Positions 35,415 to 47,369 of a stretch of 64,000 nucleotides of DNA are shown here, piece after piece. The position numbers and the translations under genes were made by a program. The DNA comes from Sediminibacterium sp. FEMGT703S (GTDB lineage Bacteria; Bacteroidota; Bacteroidia; Chitinophagales; Chitinophagaceae): positions 93,297 through 157,296 of the forward strand of contig PGCO01000004.1 in assembly GCA_002786355.1 (NCBI GenBank), given 5' to 3'. The notes under the pieces were generated by a model. The model was not told where the DNA came from, searched no databases, and saw only the letters and a program-made list of their open reading frames with translations. The first letter of the stretch is position 1. Each line of letters starts with the position of its first letter.

Positions 35415-36350
35415 TTAAAATTCATTAATCAAAGCCGCTGTTTTTGCTGGATCCTCTTCCATTGGCACATGACCTATATTGGTTAAAATAGCTAGTTTGC
35501 TCCCTTTTATATCTTTATTGAACAAATAGGCATTTTGAACAGGAATTAAACCATCCTTATCTCCCCATATTATCAGGGTGGGCTTTTGAATGGTCTTTAT
35601 TTTGTTTGGCTCCTGCTCCAATCCCTTTTTGAAAATGGCTAATAAGGCTTTTCTATTTCCTTTTGCAATAGCCATATCGTGAAAGCGATCAATCTGTTCT
35701 TGGTTAATGATATTCGGGTCTTGATAAATTCCCTTTAGGCTTGCACTTACCAATGCCTTTGGGGTAATAAATAACATCACATTGTTGATTACTGGGGTTG
35801 AAGCTATTTTAAAACCAATTGATCCCTTTACATTCATAACCGGGTAGCCAGTTGCATCAATTAATATTAATTTTCTTACTTTTTCAGGAAAATAAGTGGT
35901 GAATTGCCAAGCAATACCGCCTCCTAATGAATTGCCTCCTATATCGCAGAGAGGAATATTTAATTTGGTTAAAAAAGAGTCTAAGAATTGACTGTAATAC
36001 TTAAAACTATATTCATTGTTGGCATTGGGTCCTGTTAATCCAAATGCCGGCATATCTAAAGTAATTACCCTTCTGTTTTTATTAATACGCTTTACTACTT
36101 CTTCAAATGTATGTAATGAAGAACTGGTACCATGAATTAAAACTAGTGGCACTGAATCACTAGGATTGCCTTGATCTCTATAATGCACATTCATCCCCAT
36201 CAAAGGCATAAACTCCGATTCGTTGTTTACGTACAATGGCTTTAACTCTTCTAGACTTCTATCTGGTTGAAAATAAATCACCAATAATAATATCAACAGC
36301 GCTAGAATAGCACCAAAAAAATAACCAATATACCGTAAGAACTTTTTCAT
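35415..36350 (-). CDS. Alpha/beta hydrolase
   Basis: N-terminal TM helix, HGTSSS, the nucleophile elbow GNSLGG and the C-terminal GHVPMEE. Confidence 0.85.
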   Translation of the reverse strand: MKKFLRYIGYFFGAILALLILLLVIYFQPDRSLEELKPLYVNNESEFMPLMGMNVHYRDQGNPSDSVPLVLIHGTSSSLHTFEEVVKRINKNRRVITLDMPAFGLTGPNANNEYSFKYYSQFLDSFLTKLNIPLCDIGGNSLGGGIAWQFTTYFPEKVRKLILIDATGYPVMNVKGSIGFKIASTPVINNVMLFITPKALVSASLKGIYQDPNIINQEQIDRFHDMAIAKGNRKALLAIFKKGLEQEPNKIKTIQKPTLIIWGDKDGLIPVQNAYLFNKDIKGSKLAILTNIGHVPMEEDPAKTAALINEF

Positions 36351-36400
36351 TGAGCATGATTTAGTCTTACAAATATATTGGTCAGTTGTATAAGGCTATA

Positions 36401-39400
36401 TTAATTTGTGCGAATGGCGCCTATTCCTTCATTAAATAACTGCTTATTCAGTGCTGGAATTTCAACTTTATTTAAGTTTTCACCTCTTTGTTTTAATGCC
36501 TCCCATTGTGTGGTATATATTTTTAATAAATCACGATTAGGCTTATTTACCCTAGGTATATCACTTTCTGTTTGATTCATCATGAACATAAAGTAGGCAG
36601 TAAATTTATTTAAGAAATTTTCTGCATCATCATAAGCAGTAGACTTACGCTGAATCATTTCTTCGTCCCATGCTTGCATTTTTTTAGCCAAAGCTTCTGC
36701 ATTGGTTTTGGTAGTACCATTTGGAAGTGTTTTAATCAGTTGATCCAATTGTTGCTTCTTCGCAAATAATTCGTTTACCATCGTATGCATTTCTTTTACA
36801 GTCGTTTCCATGCCCGTCATAGCTTCATCAAATTCCTGGTATTCCGCAGCAGTGGTTGGATAATTTGGATTAGCTAAAATAGTTGCATTGGTACTCACTG
36901 TTTTTCCTTCTGCTTCTATACTGATGCTATAAGTTCCTGGGATTGCTTTATGTCCGCGGAAGCTACTTTCAATATAAGTATTGGGTACACCTGGCATAGT
37001 AGCATGCCTAAGATTCCAAACAAATCTATTCAACCCTTTATTGGTAGATAATTGTGGATCTCTTGGTGGAGCACCATCATATCTTTTATAATTCGGGTCT
37101 GCTTTAGAACTAAATGTTCTAATGATTTTACCAGAACCGTCTTTAATGGTCATGGTTACTACTGCTTTATCTTTTAATTCAGGTAAATCATAATAGATTA
37201 CTATTCCGGTTGCTGGATTAACACCTCTGTATGGATTAGTACCATCAAAGTCTGCGCTATTGCCGTCTAGTTCAGAACTGCCTGTTGCTAAAATAGCTGG
37301 TGCTGGTTGATACACCAATAATGTGTTAGGAGATGATTTGAATTGACGAACGGTTGTTAAATCATCCAATATCCAAAATGATCTTCCTGATGTTGCCGCA
37401 ATTAAATTGTTTTGGTGTACACGTAAATCGGTGATGGGGGTATTGGGTAGATTCAGTTGAAATGAAGTCCAATTTTTTCCGCCATTGTAAGAAATATACA
37501 CTCCGTTTTCTGTTCCTGCATACAACAAATCTTTTCTTTTATCGTCTTCTCTTACAACGCGTGTGAAAGATCCTACTGGTATACCATTGCTGATATTGGT
37601 CCAGGTTTTTCCATAGTCTGTACTCTTATACAATCCAGGCGTGTGGTCGTTAAATTTATAACGCGTGGTTGCAATATAAACAGTTGATTTATCAAAAGGA
37701 GATACTTCTATTGCATTGATTAAACACTCTGCTAATCCTGCTGGTGTAATATTTTTCCAATTCGCTCCTCCATCTTTTGTAACGTATACTAATCCATCAT
37801 CACTGCCTGTATAAATTACTCCTTTTTCTAAAGGTGATTCTATCACATAACTTAATGTACCATAGTTTTCTGCACCTACTGATTCATTGGTGAATGGCAC
37901 TCCTGGTTTTACTTGTTTTTCTTTTTCATTTCTAGTTAAATCGGGCGATACTTCATCCCATGTTTTACCCATGTCTCTTGTTCTTAATAATACATGTGCT
38001 CCATGATAATAAGTGCCTCGCTCGTGTTGACTGTGAATGATGGGGGCATTCCAATTGTAACGATACTTCATGTCTTTTGCATCCATTGCTAAGTACTGTA
38101 TGGGTGCTGCCATGATATTGGTACTTGCATTGGTTTTAGTATCTAACACTTCAATCGTTCCTTGATAAGACCCTCCTAATACATACCTTGGATTATTGGG
38201 ATCAAACGCTAAGAATGCACTTTCACCTCCTGCTGATGCAGACCAATCGGCGGCTGTAATCCCACCGGAAAAAGACCTACTTGCAATTTTTACCGATGAA
38301 TTATCTTGCTGCCCTCCATAAATATTATACGGAAATAAATTGTCTACATTAATGCGATACATCTGTGCCGTTGGCATATTGCTTTGACTGCTCCAGGTTT
38401 GTCCTCCATTAAAACTAATGGTTACGCCGCCATCATCTGCCATTACTAAATTTTTTGAATCACTTGGATTGATCCAAAGATTGTGGTAGTCTCCGTGCAC
38501 ACCTTGAATATTTTCCCATGTTTTTCCGCCATCAATCGATTTTAATGCGGGCGCACTTAATACATACACAGTATTTTCATTATTTGGATCTGGAAATACT
38601 TCTATATAATACCATGCACGCTGAATGATTTTATGTTCTGCTGATACTTGACTAAAACTTTTTCCTGCATTATTTGAAACATATAATCCACCTGCATTTT
38701 TATCGAAATCACTTTCAATTAATGCATATACTTTATCTGAATTTGCGCCGCTGACTGCAATAGCCATCTTGCCCATTTCTTTAGGTAAGCCTGTTTGTAA
38801 TTTTTCCCAATTGGCTCCACCATCGGTAGACTTATATAAGCCACTTCCTGCGCCACCGCTGATTACTTTCCAAGGTAATCTGCCATGTTCCCACATGGCT
38901 GCATATAATATGCTGGGGTTTTTTGCATCCATCGATAATTCAGCGCAGCCTGTTTTATCGTTAACGTATAATATCTTTTTCCATGTTGTTCCTCCGTCGG
39001 TGCTTTTGTAAATACCTCTTTCAGTTGAATTGCTGTATAGTGCTCCCTGTGCTGCAACGTATACAATGTCTGGATTGCTTGGGTCTATAATTACGCGCGC
39101 AATATGCTGTGTTGCATCTAGTCCAATTTTTTTCCAGGTATTTCCTGCATCCGTACTTTTATACATGCCATCACCATGATGCGTCATTACTCCGCGCATT
39201 GCATGTTCTCCCATTCCAACGTAAACAATATTGGGATTACTTTCTGATACTGCAATGGCACCTACTGATCCTGTTTTAAACTGCCCGTCCGAAATATTAT
39301 TCCAGGTAATTCCTCTGTCACTGGTTTTCCATAATCCACCACCTGTGGTTCCCATATAATAGGTATGGATATCTCCTTTAACCCCTGTGCCCGTATTAGA

Positions 39401-39547
39401 CCTACCTCCTCTGAAAGGCCCAATGCTGCGCCATTTCATGGGTTTGAAATAGTCATTTACATTTTCGGATAATGGTTCTTTACTAGTTTGGGCAATAGAA
39501 TAGTTTGCACTAGAAATAAGGAGCAAACCTAAGAGCAGTTTATGCAT
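36401..39547 (-). CDS. BNR/Asp-box repeat protein (sortilin/VPS10-like), secreted
   Basis: Has many S.DGG..W Asp-boxes ([32 protein letters not shown]). The signal peptide starts at [10 protein letters not shown]. Confidence 0.8.
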   Translation of the reverse strand: MHKLLLGLLLISSANYSIAQTSKEPLSENVNDYFKPMKWRSIGPFRGGRSNTGTGVKGDIHTYYMGTTGGGLWKTSDRGITWNNISDGQFKTGSVGAIAVSESNPNIVYVGMGEHAMRGVMTHHGDGMYKSTDAGNTWKKIGLDATQHIARVIIDPSNPDIVYVAAQGALYSNSTERGIYKSTDGGTTWKKILYVNDKTGCAELSMDAKNPSILYAAMWEHGRLPWKVISGGAGSGLYKSTDGGANWEKLQTGLPKEMGKMAIAVSGANSDKVYALIESDFDKNAGGLYVSNNAGKSFSQVSAEHKIIQRAWYYIEVFPDPNNENTVYVLSAPALKSIDGGKTWENIQGVHGDYHNLWINPSDSKNLVMADDGGVTISFNGGQTWSSQSNMPTAQMYRINVDNLFPYNIYGGQQDNSSVKIASRSFSGGITAADWSASAGGESAFLAFDPNNPRYVLGGSYQGTIEVLDTKTNASTNIMAAPIQYLAMDAKDMKYRYNWNAPIIHSQHERGTYYHGAHVLLRTRDMGKTWDEVSPDLTRNEKEKQVKPGVPFTNESVGAENYGTLSYVIESPLEKGVIYTGSDDGLVYVTKDGGANWKNITPAGLAECLINAIEVSPFDKSTVYIATTRYKFNDHTPGLYKSTDYGKTWTNISNGIPVGSFTRVVREDDKRKDLLYAGTENGVYISYNGGKNWTSFQLNLPNTPITDLRVHQNNLIAATSGRSFWILDDLTTVRQFKSSPNTLLVYQPAPAILATGSSELDGNSADFDGTNPYRGVNPATGIVIYYDLPELKDKAVVTMTIKDGSGKIIRTFSSKADPNYKRYDGAPPRDPQLSTNKGLNRFVWNLRHATMPGVPNTYIESSFRGHKAIPGTYSISIEAEGKTVSTNATILANPNYPTTAAEYQEFDEAMTGMETTVKEMHTMVNELFAKKQQLDQLIKTLPNGTTKTNAEALAKKMQAWDEEMIQRKSTAYDDAENFLNKFTAYFMFMMNQTESDIPRVNKPNRDLLKIYTTQWEALKQRGENLNKVEIPALNKQLFNEGIGAIRTN

Positions 39548-39603
39548 ATTCGCTGAATTTATTTCAGAAATATACGTCATATTCTTTAGTGTATCTTCGC
39601 AAA

Positions 39604-40026
39604 ATGCCTAAAGGGAAATTAGATATTATTGACAGATTATTGGAAGCTTGTTACAAACACAATCCCGATGCTTTGTTTGTAATGAGTTTAATGCACCAAT
39701 ACGAAGAAAGAGGTAGTTTAAGCAAAAAACAGTTGCAGGGTTTATTTTCTAAAGCGAGTAAAGTACCTGATATGCCTGCTAATTTATTGGCAACACTTGA
39801 AGCCACTATTAATCGAATGCATACCCGGGAAAAAGCACCTGCAACAGTAGGCAAGCCACTTTTTGAAAAAGATTTGCCATTGGGTGAAAAAATGGAAGCT
39901 ATTTTGGCAAAATATCCGCAACATAAGCGGGTTATTTTTCTTTTTGATAAATACAACCGTAAGGAACATCTTACCCCTATCGAGAAGGATGAGGTATTGA
40001 AATTTCATAAGCTATTGATTAAATAG
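39604..40026 (+). CDS. Hypothetical protein
   Basis: 140-aa ORF from ATG 39604. No motif recognised. Confidence 0.55.
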   Translation: MPKGKLDIIDRLLEACYKHNPDALFVMSLMHQYEERGSLSKKQLQGLFSKASKVPDMPANLLATLEATINRMHTREKAPATVGKPLFEKDLPLGEKMEAILAKYPQHKRVIFLFDKYNRKEHLTPIEKDEVLKFHKLLIK

Positions 40027-40082
40027 GATATAATTTTTATTCTCACAAAATATGTTCGCAAAGCATAACTTTATATGCGAAT

Positions 40083-41432
40083 ATGCGAGTTAGAAATCCT
40101 AGAACTGGAGCGTACGATTATGAAATTCCGGATTGTACTACAGCGCAATTAATTAAATGTTGCAAGAAATTAAGAAATGGTCAAGATGCCTGGCTGCGAA
40201 TGGGTATTAGTAACCGTATTGCTGTATTACAAGAGTGGAAGAAATTAATTATTGCTAATAAAGAATTGTTGGTTGGTGCGCTTGCTTCAGATACTGGCAG
40301 AAAATGGGAAACAACTGCTGAAGTGGATTGGGTAATTGACGCTATTGATAAATGGTGTACTACCGCAAATCATTTTTATAATTTATCGCCTAATTGGATT
40401 CCTTATCAATTGGTTACTGTAATTAGTCCATGGAATTTTCCATTGGCTTTATCTATGATGGATACCCTTCCTGCTTTGCTTTCAGGCGCCGCAGTATTCG
40501 TAAAGCCTAGTGAAATAACACCTCGTTTTATTGAAGTAATCAATAAAACCATTCTGGCAGTACCTGGCTTACATCAGGTACTTTTATTTACTCCAGGGGA
40601 TGCTTCTATTGGCGCTTTAATGGTAGATCAAGCAGACTTAGTTTGTTTTACTGGTTCGGTAAATACTGCCAAGAAAATTGCGTTAGCAGCCAGTAAAAAA
40701 CTAACTCCTGTTTTAATGGAAATCGGCGCAAAAGATCCTGCTATTGTTTTAGCTGGTGCAAACTTAGAATTGGCTGCAAATGCAATAATCAAGGGGAGCA
40801 CTACCAATGCTGGTCAAAACTGTTTGAGTTTTGAAAGAATTTATGTGCATGAATCTATTCATGATCAATTAGTAGATCTGCTAGTTGAAAAAACAAAAGC
40901 ATTGGAGTTGACTGTTGAAAATTTTACGAATGGCAAAATTGGTCCAATCATTTTTGAAAAACAAGTATTAACCATCAATACCCATTTAGAAGATGCAAAA
41001 GCATTAGGTGCAATTATTTTGACTGGGAGTGATCGATGCGAAGAAATCCATGGTGGATTTTATTGCAGACCAACGATTGTGGTGAATGTTACCCATAATA
41101 TGTTGTTGATGAAAGAAGAAACTTTCGGTCCTATTATGCCCATCATGTCTTTTAGTACTACTGAAGAGTTAATTGAATTAGCCAATGCTACCCCATATTC
41201 TTTAGGTGCTGGAGTTTTTGCTGCTACCGATGAGGAAGCCTCAGATATTGCAATTAGAATAAATGCCGGCTCTGTAAGTATTAATGAAGCGGCGCTAACT
41301 GCCATCTTACATTATGGAGACAACCTTAGTTTTAATATGAGTGGAGTTGGCGGTCTAAGAATTGGCCAGGAGAATCTGAGTAGATTTTTGAAAAAGCAGA
41401 CGATTCATTTGTCAAAGTCATCTAATCAATAG
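40083..41432 (+). CDS. Aldehyde dehydrogenase family protein
   Basis: PWNFPL, FTGSVNTAKKI, MEIGAKDP and GQNCLSFERIYV (catalytic Cys), plus EETFGP. Confidence 0.9.
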   Translation: MRVRNPRTGAYDYEIPDCTTAQLIKCCKKLRNGQDAWLRMGISNRIAVLQEWKKLIIANKELLVGALASDTGRKWETTAEVDWVIDAIDKWCTTANHFYNLSPNWIPYQLVTVISPWNFPLALSMMDTLPALLSGAAVFVKPSEITPRFIEVINKTILAVPGLHQVLLFTPGDASIGALMVDQADLVCFTGSVNTAKKIALAASKKLTPVLMEIGAKDPAIVLAGANLELAANAIIKGSTTNAGQNCLSFERIYVHESIHDQLVDLLVEKTKALELTVENFTNGKIGPIIFEKQVLTINTHLEDAKALGAIILTGSDRCEEIHGGFYCRPTIVVNVTHNMLLMKEETFGPIMPIMSFSTTEELIELANATPYSLGAGVFAATDEEASDIAIRINAGSVSINEAALTAILHYGDNLSFNMSGVGGLRIGQENLSRFLKKQTIHLSKSSNQ

Positions 41433-42209
41433 TTAACCCATAATCCCTTTAACTGCTCCTCCATCAACTGTAATAGTTTGACCTGTTATAAACTTACTTT
41501 GTGGGCTTAATAACCAAACAGCTAATCCTGCAAAGTCTGCTGCTTCCCCTAGTTTACCCACTGGAATTTGTTGGATTCCCATTTCTTTTACTTGATCAAA
41601 TGGTAATCCAGTTTGCTCGGCTTTTTTGGTATAAAGCCGATTAATGGCTGGGGTATTGTGCGAGCCAGGTCCTAATATATTTAATGTAACACCTGTTGTA
41701 GCTATTTCTTGTGAAAGGGTTTTAACCATCCCTACTACAGCTAGTCTTAGTGATGTACTTAATACTAAATTTTCTACAGGTTGTTTTACAGCAACACTTT
41801 CTATGTAGACAATTCGGCCGTAACCAGCATCTACCATTTTAGGAACGATTGCTTGTGTGAGTGCCACTTTCCATCTTAAAATTGTATGGTAAGCTTTATC
41901 CCAATCTTCTAATGTGGTTTCTAAAACCATTTTTGCTGGGGGGCCTCCTGCATTAACAACCATACCATGTATGGGTTGGTCTTTAATGAACGCTAATAGT
42001 TTGGTTAGGGTTTCTTCTTCTGCAAGATCTCCAGCAATAATATTGATTTGATCAGGTGCTGTTAATTGTAGTTCGGTTAATTTGTCTAATCCTCTTGCAA
42101 TAGCAATAACTGATGCGCCTTCATTCACAAGAGCAAGTGTAATTGCTTTTCCAAATCCAGATGTAGCTCCTCCAACTATAAATAATTGGCCTTGAATGTT
42201 TAGGTTCAT
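41433..42209 (-). CDS. SDR family oxidoreductase
   Basis: VGGATSGFG is the Rossmann motif, and NAGG is present. About 258 aa. Confidence 0.9.
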   Translation of the reverse strand: MNLNIQGQLFIVGGATSGFGKAITLALVNEGASVIAIARGLDKLTELQLTAPDQINIIAGDLAEEETLTKLLAFIKDQPIHGMVVNAGGPPAKMVLETTLEDWDKAYHTILRWKVALTQAIVPKMVDAGYGRIVYIESVAVKQPVENLVLSTSLRLAVVGMVKTLSQEIATTGVTLNILGPGSHNTPAINRLYTKKAEQTGLPFDQVKEMGIQQIPVGKLGEAADFAGLAVWLLSPQSKFITGQTITVDGGAVKGIMG

Positions 42210-42221
42210 AAAAAGAGTTGA

Positions 42222-42563
42222 TTACTCTTCAGTGGCTGCTGGTAATTCAGCGGCTACTCCTTTGATAAGGAGTTGAAACTTGGTATTAAGTGATACGGTA
42301 AACTCTCCGCCTTCTAAAATTAATTTAGTATTGGCATCATCTAACATTACACTAGCCAAATCGGAAGCCAAAGCAGAGCTGCTGATTAAGTTAGCTACTT
42401 TACCGTTTTTAAATTCAATAGTGAATTTGTACCCAGCTTTTCTTCCAGTTCCCATACGCTCAAAATCGATTCTGTTTAAATCAAGCACCTGGTTATCCTG
42501 CTTGGTTCTCTTTAATAAAATGCGGATGATGGGTAGGTACTTGGTCCAAATCTGGGCGTACAT
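42222..42563 (-). CDS. Hypothetical protein
   Basis: 113-aa ORF with no competing frame and no motif recognised. Confidence 0.55.
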   Translation of the reverse strand: MYAQIWTKYLPIIRILLKRTKQDNQVLDLNRIDFERMGTGRKAGYKFTIEFKNGKVANLISSSALASDLASVMLDDANTKLILEGGEFTVSLNTKFQLLIKGVAAELPAATEE

Positions 42564-42666
42564 GTAGCTGTGTTAAAGGTTAAGAATAATGCAAAGGTCT
42601 GAAATTTATTGACGATTTCCGAATTTGGTTTTTAAAAGGCTGCTTATCTTATATATTCGCAGTAAT

Positions 42667-43704
42667 ATGAACGAAATTTCAAGTGTTACCATTAATAAGC
42701 TAATCGTACACCAGGCGGGCAATGCAGCCCAAGGTGGCTCACTTATTTTGTCTGAAACAGCCCATGATATTCCTGATGAATTTTGGCAGCAGACTTTGGC
42801 TCATTTTTTCCTAAAACCCTTTAATGAGGCCGAACAGTACCGTTTAGCCATCGAGAACAACTTGGTTTATACAACCATAGCACAGGTATTTGACGATCAG
42901 TCGTCTTTTGTAAATAACAGTAAGATTCTCGCAGAGCATTTTCACTTGAAAAGCCAATCAGTTTTTGCAAAATCTGGGGAATTTTATACGGTCTTTTTCG
43001 AAAATATTCCATTTGACGGATCTTATATTGATGCTATTGGCCTTTTTCATACCAGCACAAAGGATCAATTCTTAAAAATTCATACAAAACCTACAGGTGT
43101 CGATTTGTCTATAGAGGATGGAATTGACCTAAAAAAGCCTGAAAAAGGGGTTCTTTTGCTCAGAAAAGAGCAAAATCAGGGTTTTTTGGCCCTAATTCAT
43201 GAATCTTTGGCTTCTAAGCAAGGGGACGCTGCTTTTTGGAAATCTGCTTTTTTACAAGCTTCTCCCATTGTCAATAGTTACCATAATACCAACGAAACCC
43301 TTGGTATGTGTAAGCTTTTTATCAGTAAAGAGCTAAATGAGCATTTTGATACGAATAAAGCCGATCAAATTGATATGCTGCAAAGAAGTATGGATTACTT
43401 TAAAACCCATGACCAATTTCAATTGGAAGAATTTAACAAAGAAGTTTTATATCATCCTGAAGTCATCGAAAGCTTTACGCAATACAAACAGCAATATGAA
43501 GTGGCTAAACAAGTAAATATTGAAGAAGAGTTTGCCATTAATCCAGCAGCTATTCAAAAACAACAACGTCATTTCAAGAGCATCTTAAAACTCGATAAGA
43601 ACTTTCATGTATACGTTCATGGCCGCAGAGACTTGATTGAAAAGGGATACGATGAAATGACTGGTAAACACTATTATAAACTTTACTTTGATCAAGAACA
43701 ATAA
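42667..43704 (+). CDS. Nucleoid-associated protein (NdpA/YejK-like)
   Basis: The size (~345 aa) and the N-terminal INKLIVHQAGN pattern fit the NdpA family. The call is made by eye only. Confidence 0.55.
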   Translation: MNEISSVTINKLIVHQAGNAAQGGSLILSETAHDIPDEFWQQTLAHFFLKPFNEAEQYRLAIENNLVYTTIAQVFDDQSSFVNNSKILAEHFHLKSQSVFAKSGEFYTVFFENIPFDGSYIDAIGLFHTSTKDQFLKIHTKPTGVDLSIEDGIDLKKPEKGVLLLRKEQNQGFLALIHESLASKQGDAAFWKSAFLQASPIVNSYHNTNETLGMCKLFISKELNEHFDTNKADQIDMLQRSMDYFKTHDQFQLEEFNKEVLYHPEVIESFTQYKQQYEVAKQVNIEEEFAINPAAIQKQQRHFKSILKLDKNFHVYVHGRRDLIEKGYDEMTGKHYYKLYFDQEQ

Positions 43705-44178
43705 TCAACATTCATTGATCATTTGTAAGTAATCATATTGCAGGTCTTCGTGTAGGGTACTCAATGCTGTATTCATTTTTTTGATTTGTTGTTTATACAA
43801 ATTAGCCAATGCTGTGCTTTTCATAAATGGTATGCCCGATTTTTTTAGGCTTAAACAAAAATGAACCAAAATAGCTACTTCAGCTTGCTTAGAACCGGTA
43901 TAACGTATATGCTTATTGGCTATTCTTAGTATTTTTCGGATGGTTTTTTTTACAAAATATAGATTCTGTCCTGGATCAATCTCACTGAATTCGTTGGTTA
44001 TTTGTTGATTTACCTCTGTTATATAAGCTTCTTCGTCATGCGATTCAAAGAGTAAATAAGTGAGTAATTCCTTGTTTTCTTTTTTAAATTTTGCCAGTCT
44101 TAAACAGAGCTCTGACAACTCTTTAGTAGAGTTGCTCATTAAAGCTTGTTTGATCTCGTGCACAGATGCTGCTTTCAT
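43705..44178 (-). CDS. Hypothetical protein
   Basis: 157 aa from MKAASVHEIKQ. Helical, with no motif recognised. Confidence 0.55.
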   Translation of the reverse strand: MKAASVHEIKQALMSNSTKELSELCLRLAKFKKENKELLTYLLFESHDEEAYITEVNQQITNEFSEIDPGQNLYFVKKTIRKILRIANKHIRYTGSKQAEVAILVHFCLSLKKSGIPFMKSTALANLYKQQIKKMNTALSTLHEDLQYDYLQMINEC

Positions 44179-44219
44179 ACAAAAATTGCGTACTTTGGTT
44201 ATCACAAAAAACATAGAAT

Positions 44220-45134
44220 ATGCAATTGAATCGTCGTACATTTTTACAACAAGGAACTTTAGCTGCATTAGCTGCTGTTACCCTTCCTTCTTGGGTTTCT
44301 GCTGCCGCAAAAAAGAAATTCATTACCGGTGTTCAACTGTATTCTGTGCGTGAAGATATGCGTAAAGACCCATTGGCTACTTTAAAAGCCGTTGCAGAAA
44401 TGGGATATAAAAACGTGGAGCATGCCAACTATGCAAATCGAAAATTTTATGGATATACCGCTACTGAGTTTAAAAAAGTATTAGCTGATTTGGGGATGAA
44501 AATGCCTTCTGGTCATACTGTTATGGGGGCAAATCATTGGGATGCTTCCAAAAAGGACTTTACGGATACTTGGAAGCACACCATTGAGGATGCGGCAGTG
44601 GTAGGCCAAGAATTAGTGATTAGCCCTTCTTTAGAATCTGGATTACGTAAGTCTAAGGATGATATGTTGCGTTTTATGGAAGTGTTTAATAAATCTGGTG
44701 AACTCTGTAAAAAATCTGGGATGCGATTTGGATATCATAACCATGATTTTGAATTCACTCAAATGATGGGCAATGAAACCATGTATGAAGTGATGCTGAA
44801 TAATACCGATCCATCAATGGTAACCCAACAATTTGATATGGGTAATTTATATGGAACAGGGGCAGATGCTTTAGCCATTGTAAAAAAATATCCTGGTCGT
44901 TTTGTTTCAATGCATGTAAAAGATGAAATCAAAAGAGCAAATGGCAATGGATATGAGAGTACTATTTTAGGAAAAGGGGTTCAGCAAGTAAAAGAAATTG
45001 TAGAAGAGGGATTAAAAAATGGAGGCACCATTCACTTAATTGTAGAGCAAGAAGCCTATCAGGGTATTGCTCCTTTAGATTGTATAAAAGAAGATTTAAA
45101 CGTTATGAAAAAGTGGGGCTTCAAGGGACAGTAA
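44220..45134 (+). CDS. Sugar phosphate isomerase/epimerase (xylose isomerase-like TIM barrel), Tat signal
   Basis: MQLNRRTFLQQGTLAALAAV is a Tat signal. YHNHDFEF and MHVKD are typical of the AP endonuclease 2 / TIM family. Confidence 0.8.
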   Translation: MQLNRRTFLQQGTLAALAAVTLPSWVSAAAKKKFITGVQLYSVREDMRKDPLATLKAVAEMGYKNVEHANYANRKFYGYTATEFKKVLADLGMKMPSGHTVMGANHWDASKKDFTDTWKHTIEDAAVVGQELVISPSLESGLRKSKDDMLRFMEVFNKSGELCKKSGMRFGYHNHDFEFTQMMGNETMYEVMLNNTDPSMVTQQFDMGNLYGTGADALAIVKKYPGRFVSMHVKDEIKRANGNGYESTILGKGVQQVKEIVEEGLKNGGTIHLIVEQEAYQGIAPLDCIKEDLNVMKKWGFKGQ

Positions 45135-45178
45135 TTTTTTTATTGAGTTAGCATTAACCAAAAGTTTAAAATTTGTTT

Positions 45179-47368
45179 ATGAAAATAGGGTTCTTCGCCT
45201 TTTGTAGTTTGATGATGGTCTCCGCTTTTGCTCAATCGCCTAGCACAGCAGAAGTAAGGCGATGGGAAGCCCAAGCCAAACAAGTGAATATTGTTAGAGA
45301 CAAGTATGGAGTTCCTCATATTTATGGTAAAACGGATGCAGATGCTGTTTTTGGATTAATGTATTCTCAATGCGAAGAAAACTTTGAGCGCATAGAGCGA
45401 AATTACCTAGAGATGTTGGGTAGAAGGGCTGAGATGGAAGGAGAGAAAGTGCTTTATAATGATTTACTAATGCGTTTGATTGCTGATAGCAATGATGCAA
45501 AAAAAGATTATTTGCAAAGTCCTTTATGGTTAAAAAAATTATTAAATGCACATGCTGATGGAATTAATTATTTCTTGTACAAACATCCTGAAGTAAGACC
45601 TGTTGTGTTAAAAAAATTCGAGCCTTGGTTTCATTTAATGTACACAGATGGTAGTGTTTCTGCTACAAGTACAGGGGGTGCATCGGTTGAAGAAATCAAG
45701 CAATTTTATGAAAACGGTCCTGAAACAAATTCAACTGCCTATCATGCCATAAAAGAGATAGAAGAAAGAGGCTCTAATGGCTTTGCAATTGGTCCAAAAA
45801 GATCAGCTTCAGGAAATGCAATGCTCTATATTAATCCACACGTGCCTTTCTACTTTAGATCCGAAGCGCAAATGGTGAGTGAAGAAGGCTTAAATGCTTA
45901 TGGTGCCGCTACTTGGGGGCAGTTTTTTATTTACCAAGGATTTAATGAACATGTAGGTTGGATGCACACTTCAGGATATACCGATGTGGCTGATTTGTAT
46001 GAAGAAAAAATTTCTAAAACTGCAAAGGGCTGGGTGTATGAATACGATAAGAAATTCATGCCTGTAAAATCAAAAACGATTACCATTTATTATTTGGTTA
46101 ACGGCGAAAAACTGTCCAAAACCTTCACAACATTTTATACGCATCATGGTCCAGTAGTCGCAAAAAGAAATGGGAAATGGCTGGCACTAAAAGAGTATAA
46201 TCGATCCATGAAAGCGTTGGTGCAAAGTTGGAAAACTACCAAGGCCAATAATTTAGAAGAGTATACCACTGCAATGAAGGGCTTGTCTAATACCACTAAT
46301 AATACAGTGTATGCAGATGATCAAGGAAATATTGCCTATTGGCATGGCAACTTTATACCAAAAAGAACTCCTGGATTCGATTTTACTTTACCTGTTGATG
46401 GTTCTATTGCAGCAACAGAATGGCAAGGAGTACATCCATTGGAGGAGACTGTTCATCTAATTAATCCTGCAAGTGGATGGATGCAAAATTGCAATGCAAC
46501 ACCATTTACCTTAGCTGGCGAAAGCAGTCCAAATAAAAATAATTATCCTAATTATATGGCCCCTGATGGGCAAAACGCTAGAGGAATCAATGCCATGCGA
46601 TTATTGAATAATAGAGATAGCATAACCCTAGATGAGTTAATTGAAATTGGGTATGATCGTTATTTAGCTGCATTCGATATTCTATTGCCTGCTTTATTTA
46701 AAGCTTATGATGCAACCAATAATACTGATTCTTTAAAAGTTAAAGTAAAACCAGCTATTGAAATATTGAAGGCTTGGAATAAGATTACCGATACCAGCTC
46801 TGTGGCAACAACATTGGCCATTGATTGGGCTACTAAAATTAATTCGCTTTGGCCAAGGGCTAAAACTCAAGAAGAAAATACAGAATGGATAGGTCGATTT
46901 AATGCAATGGCAAATGGCATTAATGGAAAAAAGCAGTTAGAGCAATTAAATGAAGTGATCAATGAGCTAAAAGCAAAATACGGTCACTGGCAAGTTAGAT
47001 GGGGTTCTATCAATCGTTACCAACGATTAACTGGTAAGTTTTCTGAAGTATACGACGACAATAAGGAAAGCCTAGCAGTTCCTTTAAGTTCCTCTAGATG
47101 GGGATCGTTGCCAGCCTTCGAAAGCCGCTCTATGTATAGTTCTAAAGGACGATATGGCTTTTCAGGAAATAGTTTTATTGCAGCAGTAGAGTTTGGAAAA
47201 AAAGTCAAAGCAAAAACCATAGTTACGGGTGGGCATAGTAATAATCCTTTATCACCTCATTTTAAAGATCAGGCCGAAGGATTTGTTTATGGGAAGTTTA
47301 AAGATGTTTTCTTTTATAAAGAAGACGTCATGAACAATAAAGAAAAGGAATACCGTCCAGGAGAATAA
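45179..47368 (+). CDS. Penicillin acylase family protein (Ntn hydrolase)
   Basis: Has a signal peptide, RDKYGVPHIYG, and ERGSNGFAIG (the Ser nucleophile that starts the beta-subunit). About 730 aa. Confidence 0.85.
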   Translation: MKIGFFAFCSLMMVSAFAQSPSTAEVRRWEAQAKQVNIVRDKYGVPHIYGKTDADAVFGLMYSQCEENFERIERNYLEMLGRRAEMEGEKVLYNDLLMRLIADSNDAKKDYLQSPLWLKKLLNAHADGINYFLYKHPEVRPVVLKKFEPWFHLMYTDGSVSATSTGGASVEEIKQFYENGPETNSTAYHAIKEIEERGSNGFAIGPKRSASGNAMLYINPHVPFYFRSEAQMVSEEGLNAYGAATWGQFFIYQGFNEHVGWMHTSGYTDVADLYEEKISKTAKGWVYEYDKKFMPVKSKTITIYYLVNGEKLSKTFTTFYTHHGPVVAKRNGKWLALKEYNRSMKALVQSWKTTKANNLEEYTTAMKGLSNTTNNTVYADDQGNIAYWHGNFIPKRTPGFDFTLPVDGSIAATEWQGVHPLEETVHLINPASGWMQNCNATPFTLAGESSPNKNNYPNYMAPDGQNARGINAMRLLNNRDSITLDELIEIGYDRYLAAFDILLPALFKAYDATNNTDSLKVKVKPAIEILKAWNKITDTSSVATTLAIDWATKINSLWPRAKTQEENTEWIGRFNAMANGINGKKQLEQLNEVINELKAKYGHWQVRWGSINRYQRLTGKFSEVYDDNKESLAVPLSSSRWGSLPAFESRSMYSSKGRYGFSGNSFIAAVEFGKKVKAKTIVTGGHSNNPLSPHFKDQAEGFVYGKFKDVFFYKEDVMNNKEKEYRPGE

Positions 47369-47369
47369 T